Assembly (NCBI GenBank): GCA_964035545.1
Contig: OZ037765.1
Coordinates: 24,923,504 to 24,987,503, forward strand
Origin: Bugula neritina
Taxonomy: Eukaryota; Animalia; Bryozoa
Length of the DNA: 64,000 bases
Direction: 5' to 3'
Both the position numbers and the translations under genes were made by a program. Numbering within the stretch: the first letter of the stretch is position 1; each line of letters opens with the position of its first letter. This document shows, piece by piece, positions 40,729-55,400 of this stretch. The notes below the pieces were generated by a model that was not told the DNA's origin, did no database searches, and saw only the letters and a program-made list of their open reading frames with translations.

Positions 40729-41604
40729 GAATTAATAAATTGGGTTATCATTTCATTATGATTATCAATATCATATTCATATTGATATAATAATATTAAA
40801 TACTAGTAAGGATAATAATAACAGGTTTAACTTATTACACTCAGTATCACAGTAACAATTTTATTGTGAAACTGGGAGAGTATCAATATGAATATGAGTG
40901 GAAAAGTGTAAAATGACAAAACAAAGTCTCGTTCGCCAAGTAGACATAAGGAAGTGCATCACTGACTGTCAATCATTACATATATAATAATTTTATTGCT
41001 GACTATATTTGATAAATTATATTTATAATAATAATAGTAATCATGTTGATAATTATAAAACCTATTCTTTTATCATAATAATAGTTTTATTAATTAATAT
41101 GAGTGGCACTATGACTATCAGTATTTTTAGAAGTATGATAGCACAAATGTTAAGTTAAAGTTAAGTCACTCAAGGTCGTAGTGATTGCGATATTATACTA
41201 TGCTGTCATTACTCTAAAATTACACCTATACTCTGTTACTAATATTTGTAATAGCTTGAGAAAATAAGCACAAATCTTAAAGTCACTTTTAAGTTGTCGT
41301 AAAATGTTATAGTAATTGATATTATTATAAACTTTTAAAACAGCAAATGATGATATTTAGTGTTACTATTATTCAAATAAGATTCAACTACAACAATATT
41401 TTATACTAATTATAAGTATATTCTTCAACTTTTTGATGCAATTGTAATATTAATAATTTGTTTGGCATTTAACATTTTAACTTTGAGTGACGACCACAGG
41501 CACAGTGAGAAGTCTTTCAATCTGTAGAGTTGCAGTTCTAATTTATATTTAATTGTAGTAATCATCGATTGGAACTTTGTCTTGAGCTTGGAATAGGTGT
41601 AGTT

Positions 41605-44600
41605 ATGAATATATTTGGCACACGCTGTTTAGCATTATGGCTTTTACATGTAAGTATAACTATTACTATACAGATATCACTCTCGCAATAACCATCATAC
41701 TATTTTATAGCTCTGTTGCAAGTCAATTAGGTCATTTCCTATATATTGATATTCAATTATGATCAACTATATGACGCAATTATAGTTTGTATCATTTTAG
41801 TATGATAATGTTGATTGGTTACTGTCAAAGTTAGTTTTTCTACTTATCATTTTGAATAGGAGTTTTAATTTAAAAAAAACTTCACTACTACTGGCGTCAA
41901 CTGAACTAAATTTCTGTTATCAATTTTTATCCTTGAAATTTTACCTAAACCATTTGTGTAGTGATTTGAGTTTAAGTCACAAGTGTAACAATTGGTCTAC
42001 TATAATTGAACGTAAGCAGTGGTAATTATAGTATATTTGTGTTTACAATAGTGTCTGATATAACTTACTAATAGAAAAAATAGTTTCAGTTGTGTCCAAT
42101 TCATTTCTGCCGATTTCTGCCAATTCATTTTTTTAACTGGATTCCCTAACTGGGTCGGATTTTAGCTGAATTAGCAATAGGCTGATAATTTTTTATTTAT
42201 GTTGAGTTGTTTCAATTTTTAGTAGGCACATTGTAATTGTTTTCAACATTTTTAATATTCTAATGTATTTCAAGTTGCCAAATGTTTTGTATGTTGGAAA
42301 GCTACTGTTATTTATAGAAATGCATTGTTTTGTAGGTGTGTTACATGATAACATGTATATCAGCTAACGAAGTTATACAACTAACATCGGATAATATAAA
42401 TACTGTGCTTAGTAAGTGCTGTCTTTCTGTAATATTTTTATATTTCTAGCTAATAGTTTTTAAGTCAAGTGGCAAGTTTACTGTAGCATTTATATTTTCT
42501 CTAATCAAGTGAGATCAGGCTGAGAACCTTCCAGAAGGTTAGCTTAGAAAAGCAGGTGAATATAGCTTTCCACCTCCTCACCCCTTGTAAACTATGAAAT
42601 ATAAACTTGATGCAGGTGCAAAAGTTATAGCAGAAGCTAACGCAAATGTTGTCAGCCATATGCATATGTTGCAGGTCAAGTATTGTGTTTTAACTACATC
42701 TAAGTTGTGCAGTGTTCTTAATTATTATAATGGATTATATACTCGACTAGTTAGGTGAACTAGTTGTCCATTGAGTGTAACTGCTCCTTGTAACTTGTTA
42801 ATTCTCATTTATTACTGTCATACTTAATCCTTATTTTAATTTACTGCATGCTTATTTCAAGTGATGAAAGCATACAAATGGCATTTGTTAGATGAATAAT
42901 ATGAGTAATGTGACTATTTGGTACAATAATGTGATGAGTGTATGAACTAGATTCTAGAATATTAGTTATTGTTAATTTTCAAAGAAGGTTGCATCTTATT
43001 ATTATTGTGCTATGTTAGATAAGGGGCAGGGATTCAGTGTAGGAAACATGTTTGAATGTCTGTATAGCACTTTATACTTCCTTTTAAACATCAACATCCA
43101 TTCTCTTATACATTTGTTAGTAGCCTGTTCCATGTTGTTGTAAACTAACATTTGTATTTGATTTTAGAGAATAATGAGTTGGTGTTTGTCAACTTCTATG
43201 CCGACTGGTATGTCACGTTTGTCTCATTTTACTCTCACTTGTGATACCTTGCTAATAAACAGTGGAGTTGTATTCCCATGCAATAACTGCGCTGTATTTT
43301 AGGTGTTGGTTTTCTAAATTTAAACATTTTGTTACTCAGTATTGTATTTAGTTGTATTAATGTATTTAAGTATAAATATTTGTAAATTTGTGCATAGAAC
43401 ATTTATACTTGTATGAATTTATTTAATTTCATGTTATGCGGTGTTATATATTTATATGGGGTGTTTTAGGTGTAGATTTAGTCAAATGTTGGCTCCTGTA
43501 TTTGCTGAAGGAAGTAAACTTGTAGCAAAAGAATACCCTCCGGTTTGTATTCTAATAATTATTTATTCTTTTCAGTTTTATCTATATCGATTCTGGTTTC
43601 TATTTTAATAATAACAACTCTTGTATAAAATAATAGCTGTTACTTGAATAGTACGATAATTATATCTTGAGTTGAAGTACTGTTAATTATTTCAGTAAGC
43701 TATAATTAATTTAAGTCTAAGACTAAAAGTGATTCATTCTTTGCGTTTATCTCTGCCTAAACAGAGACCCTAAACTCAAAATGTCATTATCTAAGCTAAT
43801 AGTATCCTGGCTTAATTTGTATAATTTAAGGGTAAAAAATTGCATTTTAGATTTAAAATCATATACAAGTTTCATAATATTGAATAATCAACTCCTACAA
43901 GTGATGTATTTTATGATTTTAGGATGTTGGGAAAGTAGTATTCGCCAAAATAGACTGTGATCAAGAAAGTAAGTCCTTTTGGTGGTTTGTAATTTTTTTT
44001 TTATTGCATTTACATGTTATACAATCAATTATTAGCATAGTATTTGATTATGTATATATAATATATATCTGTGTAATGCCTATCAAGTCAAGATCTCGTA
44101 AAGTATATTCATGAATTTCCCCTGTTAGCTCAGTTAGCCCAGAAATACAAGGTGAATAAATATCCAACTCTGAAGCTCTTTGTATTCGGAGAACCTATGA
44201 AAAAGGAATATAGAGGTCAGCGTTCACCTGAGGCATTCGAAAAGTTTATAAAAGATCACATGACATCTCCTGTTCAAAAACGAGAAACCTTTGAGCAAAT
44301 GGATTCCGTTTCTGTACGTCTCACTTATTTAGCATGTAATGTGCATGTAGTACTTATTTAGCACGTACATACTGTTCATTCAGCCAGTATTTTCGAAATT
44401 GTTTTTATTCTATTCAATAATCATATTTTTGCAAAAAAGTGAATGGAGTAATTCACTCAGTTTGTTTTTTATTAGGCTACATTTCTGTCAAAAGAATAAA
44501 GATGGTACTTTTTTGCACAAGTGTTTGCTCAAAACCTGCATAAGCTAATATAATATACATTACTTCCTTTTATACATGTACATGTATATGCTTGGTCTAG

Positions 44601-46643
44601 GATGACAAAAGGAATATGTTAGTCTACGTATCAAATGAGGAAGGGAATAATTACAAGAATGTGTTGAAAGCGGCCGGCCAACTCAAGTCAGACTGTAACT
44701 GGTACGTCATGAGTGGCCCCAACGCTGAACCTCATCGTAAAAATGGGGAAGACGTCATTTATTTCCGCCAACCTCTGGTATGTTAAGTGAATGTTAAGTC
44801 TATCAGAAGTTTGTTTAATGAGAATATAATGGTTTTTTGTTTATCGTTATTACCATCAAGCATGTTTTATTTTCAATCAGGTTATCGAAGTCACAGCTCA
44901 ACAATTTTGGTTGTTGTGCCGCTTGATTTTACCTCCAAAATTAGATGTCAATATAAATCATGTGTATTAGACTTAAAAACTGCCGATCATTTTATTTGGG
45001 TATTTTCTGACAAAGTGTGTTGTCTGTTTCCAGAAACAAGGCTCCGATGTCCCTTTCACTGGTCTAACCAATGCAGAAACATTGACCGCCTGGGCTCGGG
45101 ATTTGTGTGTGCCTAAAGTTAGAGTTCTAACATTTGAGAATGCTGAGGTATGTTTGCCCCTTGCGTGTTATTCATAACTAGAAATATTTGTTTTCTCTAT
45201 ATACCCATATATTGATTAATGAAATGTATACACATTTCACATGTAGCATAGAACTAAATAGTAGTTGAAAATTTGTTGTTCATGAAATATGCAAATTGTG
45301 TTATTTTCAGGAGTTGACTGAAGAAGGTTTGCCTTTCCTCATTTTATTCCACCATCCGGATGATGTGGACACACCTGCTCAGTTCTTAGAGCAAGTTAAC
45401 TTGCAGCTAGCCAATGACCTAGGTAGGACTACATAGTGGTTGCTGGAATATGCTGCGTGGTATATGCATGTATTTCTATAATGACATTCTGTTTGTGACT
45501 TGAAGGAAAAGTTATCTCAAAAAGCAAAGTGTGTTTCAGATACTATCACAGCGTTGACAGCAGATGGGAACAAGTTTGCTCACCCTCTGCACCACTTGGG
45601 AAAGTCAACTGCTGATTTGCCGCTCATAGCTATAGACAGCTTTAAGCACATGTACCTCTTTAAACATGATGTGAAATCAAAATTAGGGTGAGTGAAGTTA
45701 TAATCTCACTGTTGCTAACAGTTATTATTGTTCGGTTACAGTCAATAGAAAAGTATAAACTGGAAAAATATTTTGAAATTGTTTATTCAAAGAAATGATT
45801 TTTCATTGAAGTAGCAGAAGTATTCCCATAGGCTGGTGCCCAACTTTATCTTTGTATCATCAGAATGTTTCAACTTTATTCAACCTTCCCAACCAGAGTT
45901 ATGTGCTCTGAGTAACAGAAGTATAGCTTTGAGGTGCAAGTGTTGCATCTATATTCTTATTTTAGGGAGTTGTGTTCTCCTATATAATTGCCGTTTTATA
46001 CAAATAACTTATAGTAGAGGTTGAATTCAGAATAAGCAAAAATGCCAATTAGGCAGTATGGTAATTTTGGAGTTGTTTGCACTTTATAAACCGAATGAAA
46101 TTAACTTTATCAATACGGTATTAATGGTGGTGTTCCTTCATCTCTTGCCAGCTTCACAAGTAAGATTACTTAAATAGTCCAGAGATTTAATAGACATGAT
46201 ATTTGTGAAAATGCCAATTAGTTGTTTCTAGCTAGCTCTGCTTATGTAGTTAGTTGAGCTCATCATCCATGCGTGTTTGTTTATTCAAATATTGGGTATG
46301 TATACACATTTATAACTATGATGAGTACATTTTATATCTCAGCTAATTAATATGCTCTTGTCTGTTTTTGTGCCGCAGGGAGGATGGTCTACTTAAGCAG
46401 TTTGTCAGTGATCTGGCTAGTGGGAAGTTGCACAGAGAGTTTCACTATGGCCCTGATAAAGTTACCCAACCGCCAGCTCAGATCCAGCATGGAGAGCCGC
46501 AAGCCCAGGATGGTCACGTGAAGCGAGACTCTGCACCAGCTCCTCAGGCTGGAGGCAAGGAACCCACAGACCCACCAGAGTCCGTGTTCAAACAGTTGAA
46601 ACCATCACATAATAGATATACAGTCCTGAAGGATGAACTTTAG
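41605..46643 (+). CDS. ERP44: Endoplasmic reticulum resident protein 44 (PDI family)
   Basis: Exons 41605-41649, 42336-42411, 43168-43207, 43470-43542, 43923-43968, 44129-44313, 44601-44777, 45034-45147, 45311-45422, 45540-45687, 46379-46643. Signal peptide, diagnostic FYADWCRFS, KYPTLKLF...EYRGQRS, TFENAEELTEEGLPFLILF, IDSFKHMY, SGKLHREFH, and C-terminal KDEL. Confidence 0.96.
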
Positions 46644-49134
46644 TCTCCAGTACAACAACATGATCTCTACTATCTCCTGCACAACATCTAAATTAACTCT
46701 ATATTATAATTATATTTGCTATTAAAAAGATGAAACAATTGCTGTACATTTATAAATTGTCATGAACTATTCATCTTTACTGTTGAAACCAAGCATAAAT
46801 TATATCTGTAATTTATTATGAACCTATCTGTGAGGTGTTTTCCAGCTGTAGATGTAGCAGTAGTAGATGGCGTCAGAGGAGCTCAATTGTGTCTTACTGT
46901 AATATATTTTTACTTCAGCATTAAGTGGAGTGGAATATTATTTGTGGGCAGTGAGCCCTGTAACTAGTAATATTAGAGTTTAGATTTTTTGCATGTGAAC
47001 TAGTGCAGTAGTAAAACGCATTTGGACTGCCCTCTTGTCCAATTTCCATGCTGTAGATGTTACTGCTGGTACTTTTAGCACTTGACTACAAGTAATATTT
47101 TGTGTACTGTATACCACAAAGAAAGGCAATAAATTTAAGCCATATGAAGAAGGCTAGATTTGTGCTATTTATATCATTTAAAAAGTTTGAAATATTTCTA
47201 CCTACTGTTGTGTGGAAGGATTTTAAACATTTCATAAATTTAAAGAAGCACATGTTTACGCATAATGGGACTGGTAAAATAAATTGTGTCATTAATGGTC
47301 AAAGGAAGTAGTTTTGGCTTCAAATTTTTAGTAATTTGAGAAGCCACATTTGACCCAAGTAACAGATAAGAGGTGTGAATAACAGCTGCTTAAATACTGT
47401 CTTGTTAACATTAGATTAGAGTGTCAATGTATTTATTTAGAGTAAAGATATCTACTGTTTCAACTAATTGATAACAAATTAGGTTCCAAGTTTTAATACA
47501 AAATTTGACCTTAACTTTGCTGTTTGACAGCTTCACCAGTTCTTCAAAAATCAATGCAAACAGTTTGGTTAGACTGTAAATAAATTGAGAAGTTGATGTT
47601 ATACAGATCATGCAGTTACCTAGATGTTACATTAGTCAAGTCTTAACCTTCGCTGCTATAAATTGCATCAGCTCACTACATCACTGTCAGTCTGTAATTC
47701 TTGTAGCAGAGAATTCTAAATTAAATGCAGGTCTGTGAATTATGTGTATAACTGCTGCGCTGTTGTTATTTTCTGCTGATGAGCCTATCATGCCTGAAGA
47801 TAATTGCATCTTATGCCAGTATCAATATATCATACTAAACTTGACTAAGCTCAACACTAATTACAGTCGTTAGTTAATTGCTTTATGATTTTTACACACA
47901 TAAATAGCTTTATACACCCATCTGGAATTTCATTGCCGTTATGCTTCTAACTAATAAATATACACTTATCAACTGTTTCTAAATAGCTCTATAAACCCAT
48001 ACAACAGTTGCTTCCACTAAGTGCTCTCATTTAATTCCTAACCTAAATTGGAGAGTCCTGATACAAATTAGTAAAATTACTAGAATATAATCTTGGCTCC
48101 ATAAAGCTTCTCTTTTAAATAGATCCAGAGAAAGTCAAATTATAAAGGATGTGTTTGTAAAATAGATTCTTGGTGTCAAGTGGCTCTACTACTTCAATTA
48201 AGAGGCCGGTCTCATAAATAAACTTATAAGATATCATATACAAAGGTGTTCGTATTAGAGCAATAAAACAGACCTGCCAACATCCCAGAACTTCAAATGA
48301 TGTATTGCTGTATTGGTTATGGACCATTTCTAAATAATGTATAATAATTGTTTTTATTATGTTGCAATGTACCCACAAATTTTGCAAAAATCGTTTGAAT
48401 GTAGTATTTTTAATATCAGCAAAAACATGAAACTTTTGAAAATTAGATGCATTTGTATAAAAATTGCACATAATATTATACTGCATGTTTCAACAGTAAT
48501 AATTTTTGGCTGCTCATTATGGTTAAAATAACTATTGAAATTAATTTATTAGGAGAGAGGGTAATTTTTGCACTTGATGCTTATAATATGTAAGCATGCA
48601 TATTTTACTTCTTATATATGTACATTAATTTCTTTAGTTTTTTCTACTATTTAATTGTTTCCATTTTTTATGGTAGGCTTCACTCAAGTATTTCTGTGTC
48701 ATTTTACATGCTGTCAGCTGTTCCTAATCATACATATTCTTCAACATTTATAATTGGATAAACATATAAGTATTTTGGCCAAAAATTATCTTCAAGCAAT
48801 GATAATAAAAGTTATTACCCACTCTTTTCACCTGTTACACAGACATTATCAGGTCAGTTGAGCATCGTGCTAAATTAATTGAATGCTTCTTTTCTAGATA
48901 TATGGCATGTCTGTAACAAGTTGCAATCTTGAAATGAGAAGCAAATTAGATTAATTGGATAGGCATTCCTCACCGAGGGAGGGCACTTTGATATATCATG
49001 TGAGTGAATACTAAAATAGCCTGTGCAGGTTTAAGAAAGGTGTTCAAAGGTTTCCCTAATCATTTTTAAGAAGAAGCTTCAGGTGTGAACTTGGGTTTTA
49101 TTTATTTATATTTCCCAACGAGTCATTTGGAAGC

Positions 49135-50792
<1,658 letters not shown>

Positions 50793-52406
50793 TATTTGCC
50801 ATCAATTTTTGCCATTTTGGTATTATGGATGTGAATTCTGCTCCTATTATTATTGAGAATTATATTTTTAGTTTTTCAGATGGTCATTGAGTATACATAT
50901 TTGTTATAGGTATAGAAAATGCAATTTTGTTTTGTATACCAATCCATAATTTTCTAAAAGTTATTTTTAATAATATATTACTGCAGGTTACAGTTTTCAA
51001 AGGTGCTAGCAAAATTGATGTCTTTACTTTAAATGTTAGCATACGATGTTATATTGCATATATCCCTCTTAAAATTTTTACACAAAGAGTTTTTTTTAAA
51101 AAACTAAATCTAATGTGTGCTAAGTAATATAAATTTCAACTCATAGAATTATCAATGATGTGATCATAGATCAATACAAAAACTAAAATCACTAGCTATA
51201 TTATAGACTATAGAGTAACTATAATAATATTATTGTAACTAGCATCATTTTTCCTGATTTGCCATTAAAATATAACAGTGTACTACTTTGGTACAAATTT
51301 ATACACACATGATATTATATATGCCTTGCAGCATACTTAGGAATTAGTTTGGTGAATTAACCAGCGCCTGAATGTTTATATTTTGCATAGCCTGACATGA
51401 GCACTCAGTTTGAATCGCATCAGTATTTTAGCATTCCATAAACAACAATTTTTAAATCAAGAAGCAACACAAGTAGTTATTATGGAAATTGTCAGCTGAA
51501 GCATGGAAAATTAGATTTCAGCAAATGATTATACACAAGGTTGAGTAAACAACTGCAATATGGTGTACATTTGATAAAAATTTGTGGTAATTAGATGGTT
51601 ACAAGTTCTTACTAAATTTCTTTCTAACAGATACATAAAAGAGACAAAATTTGTGACTGCAGAAGCTTGAAGATACCTAAAGTAATATTAATTAAAAAGA
51701 GAACTTCACAAGATTTGAAATATGGTAAAAAAATACAAGAGAAGCCAAGCCAATGACGATTTGACTAAAAAGCACTAATGAATGCGGTTAATATAAAGAT
51801 GCTGTGTGATGTTGTGCAGTGGGTACCATAACCAAATTGCTTTTGTGCAAAACTTTATTCCCAGCTCATAAATAATCATAATAGCCTGTGAATTCTAAGT
51901 TGAGTAAAACCAAGGGTCATGATGGTATGCTCGCAATAAAAAACAATTAGAAACCTCTAGGGTTAGTTTATGTTTATTGATATTGCTATCTGATACATGT
52001 ATGACAGAAAATATATAGTAAGAAGTGGTATTACTTTCAGGTGCAGGTATCACTTAAATGAGTTGATTGCAGAGTAGAGTATATACAACTTGTAAGAATA
52101 TCACAGATTGCTAAAGGATTATGTTCACAATGTAAAGACAGTCACAATATAAAATATTACTTGAAAATAAAAGTTATATACTGCAAGAACCATTCAAAAC
52201 ATATATATAAAAATATATAATAGTTGCAGAAAAACAGGATAAATATTGCTGAGCAACAAATAAAAAGGATTGAAAAGTGAAGATGGAATGTCATGTATTA
52301 AGTACAATTTGATAGCCATTATCTTTATGATATGAATGAAAACATAAGCCACATTAGCATCTGCACAAGAAAAATTTATTGATAGATTGTCACTTTATAA
52401 AAAAAT

Positions 52407-55400
52407 TCAAACAGAGCTCTGAGCACTCCTTTTGGCGTGTCTAATCCTCTTATTGATAGCCTCCAACTTTTCTGGTTTTTTCCTGAAGTAAACTACTGTA
52501 GCCACAATGATGATGATAATAACAACAGCAGCAAGTGCACCTCCCACCGCTGCTCCGGCAACTCGCACATTTTCTCGTACGAAATACACACCTCCTCTAT
52601 CGGTCTAAAATATAATTGAACTTACAGGTAAAAACCTGATGAATAAAACTCAAAATAAGTTGTAGATGCAGCCAATAAAATGACACAACACAGTTTTGGC
52701 TCTAAAAATTATAAATCATTTTTCAATAATATAAAACGTGCAACTATTGTTAGAATAAAACAAAAGACTTCTACGAACCATTATAACGGCCATGTTTCCT
52801 TCGACCACAGAGTCAAGCTCTTCATATGTAGCAAAGTGCTGGGAATTAGTCCTGTACACCTTTAGGTTCTTGCTCTTAGCTTTAGTAGTATTCAGTTGTA
52901 TCTCCATACGGAATGACTCTTCACCAACAGTTAACTTTTCTTGTGGATTGAGCACAACAAATTCACTGGCATAATCATTGCCAAGCTAAAATCAGCAAAC
53001 ACATAAGCACATAAAATGTACTTTACACACAAATACAAACATACATGGGCTTTTTAATATCACTACAAATGGCTACGCATCTCAGAAATATGTAGAGGAG
53101 ATGCGCTATATTTGGCTGTAGGCAATTTTTAGCAAAAGCTAAAATTATCTTAGTTGATTCTTCGATTCAGGGAACCTTCAAGCAATGATTATATAATAAT
53201 TTTAATTAATAAACTTGAGATGTTTTGTATGAAACAATTTTTCATTGATAGAGACTGATGCCGGCAACGTTATGGTTGGTAACTTTTATCGAGCAAGGAC
53301 TAATTACAGCTTATTATTATTGGTGCAGAGATGATACTGGCCACACTAATCAAACTGCTATCACACATTCATTTATCTAAGACTCACTGAAAAGTGTCAA
53401 ATTTCTTAGATAACACCAAGAAACAATAAGGTCGGAGTTTAATGGACAACACCTGTGTTTTAATCTATCCTAGCAGGCAGATAAAAACCCAAGACACCTT
53501 GCAGGATAAAACAAAAAATTGTGTTAAAAGATACAGATAACATTATTGTTGAGAGAATAAACCATTACACTATTTATGCATCATGTACTGATGATGAGCA
53601 AAATTGTTTGAAGCAAGAGACTCTAGTGGAAATTAGTAGCTAGCAAATAATTGCTTGCAGAGGAAGTACAAGATTCAGGCAACTCTAGTTCATTGAGTGA
53701 GAAGAATAAGTTTATCTTACAAGCCTGCCATGTCACACATACATCTTGCATACCAAAGAAAAGATACACGTATTTCAGATATTTCCTTACAGTAAATGAT
53801 TCTCCAGCATCCTCGATTCTCTGGTTACCAATTTCAGAGGGCCAACTTTCCATTTGCATAGACATCAGGTCTGGGAGTACCCCCACATCTACTTTCACCA
53901 TGGCTTTTCTACAGACAATTTCAACGCCGTTACTCAAAAGTTCCCAAATACATTTTATACGAAAATGTTTTAAGCGGGTAACTTCACAATTATGAAGTAG
54001 TCCATCAACAATCCTATTAGGTCTGCTTAAATAGACCAAATTAATTAGGGTTACTCATAACCATTTGAAGATAAAAATTAAAACCTGACCACTCAATAAA
54101 CACATATCCCATCTCATCCTTTTAAATTATATTAGAGGTAAATGCAGTTTTAAGTAAGATTTATATAACCTCAAGGCACTGACCTACAGCTACACAAGTG
54201 CAAACTGTTGGCAATAAAAAAAACTCTTTCAACACAGGACATTAATTATATCTTTAAATATAAGCAAGATTTCAATTTTAAAAACAATTTTTTGTAAATA
54301 ACCGAATACTTGTCTGAAAACTCTTATAAATAGATAAACAGTTATTGGTCAAATGTTAACAAATCATTGGCCATCAAATGGCAGGAGACAAATAGCTATA
54401 AATAGTGTATATAAATTTATATGTATGTGTGCGTAATGTGTATTATTCATTTTTCACTGTTATTTTAATTTCAAGACAATAAGTGTACATACAGACATAT
54501 AAAATGCATAGGGCAGAATACTTAGATTACAAAATAGTAGAAACAAACCAATTATTTCAAGATTAACTCTTATTGAATAATTTTGCAGTAAACTGAGGAG
54601 TGTACTGATAAGGGCAGTTGGCTTATACTGACACTTGGTTAATAACTCTAATTTATTCATCACATGCAAGTTCATTTGTGCAGCTTCTCTCAACTTCTAA
54701 ATTCTTTTCAATTTCAATCCACACAGATAATCGCCAATTAAAATAATGGTGTAGATGTTTGGTAGTTGGCACTGAGTCAACCATCCACATAAAGCACCTG
54801 TCGACTCATTTATATAATACATGGAAACCATTTTAGCCCACAGGACATCCACAATTCTAATCAAACAATAACTGAGGATATTCAACTTAAAGCACCAATT
54901 ATTCCATAATTAAGAATATCATTAATTTACTTAACATGTGATCATATAACTGCTACGGTAAACAAAGCATTTTTTATATAGACTAGCATGGGAAATGTTG
55001 AATAAACCACATGTTCTACACCCAGTAGCATTCTTTGTCTTTGTACTGTAATTAAGGATGTGGCTTCAGCAATTTTTCCTGCAAGGAGACGGCACTGGCC
55101 AAATACGTGGAATGAAAAAGGGAAAGTCTCAGAAGAGTTGACTTGTTTGGAGCATAATTTTTAAAATAAATTTTATAATATTGATGCACCTGTGAAATGT
55201 TGGTTCAAAAAGAAAAAAAGAACAAAAATATTTAAAAGAAAACTTTTAGAAGCACATTTTCAACACGTCTGACAAAAATTAACAATGTTATTTTTTTCTC
55301 ACTTGATCATTTTTTACACAAATATAAAGCAGTCTGTACTTGAATAACTTTTTTAAAAGATATCACAACTTTATACATACACTAGCTAATTGACGTAAGC

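Noticed and set aside
46420-46643. ERp44 FHYG instead of FHHG, and KDEL instead of RDEL
   Set aside because: Conservative variants that I believe are common in invertebrate orthologues; not evidence of novelty.
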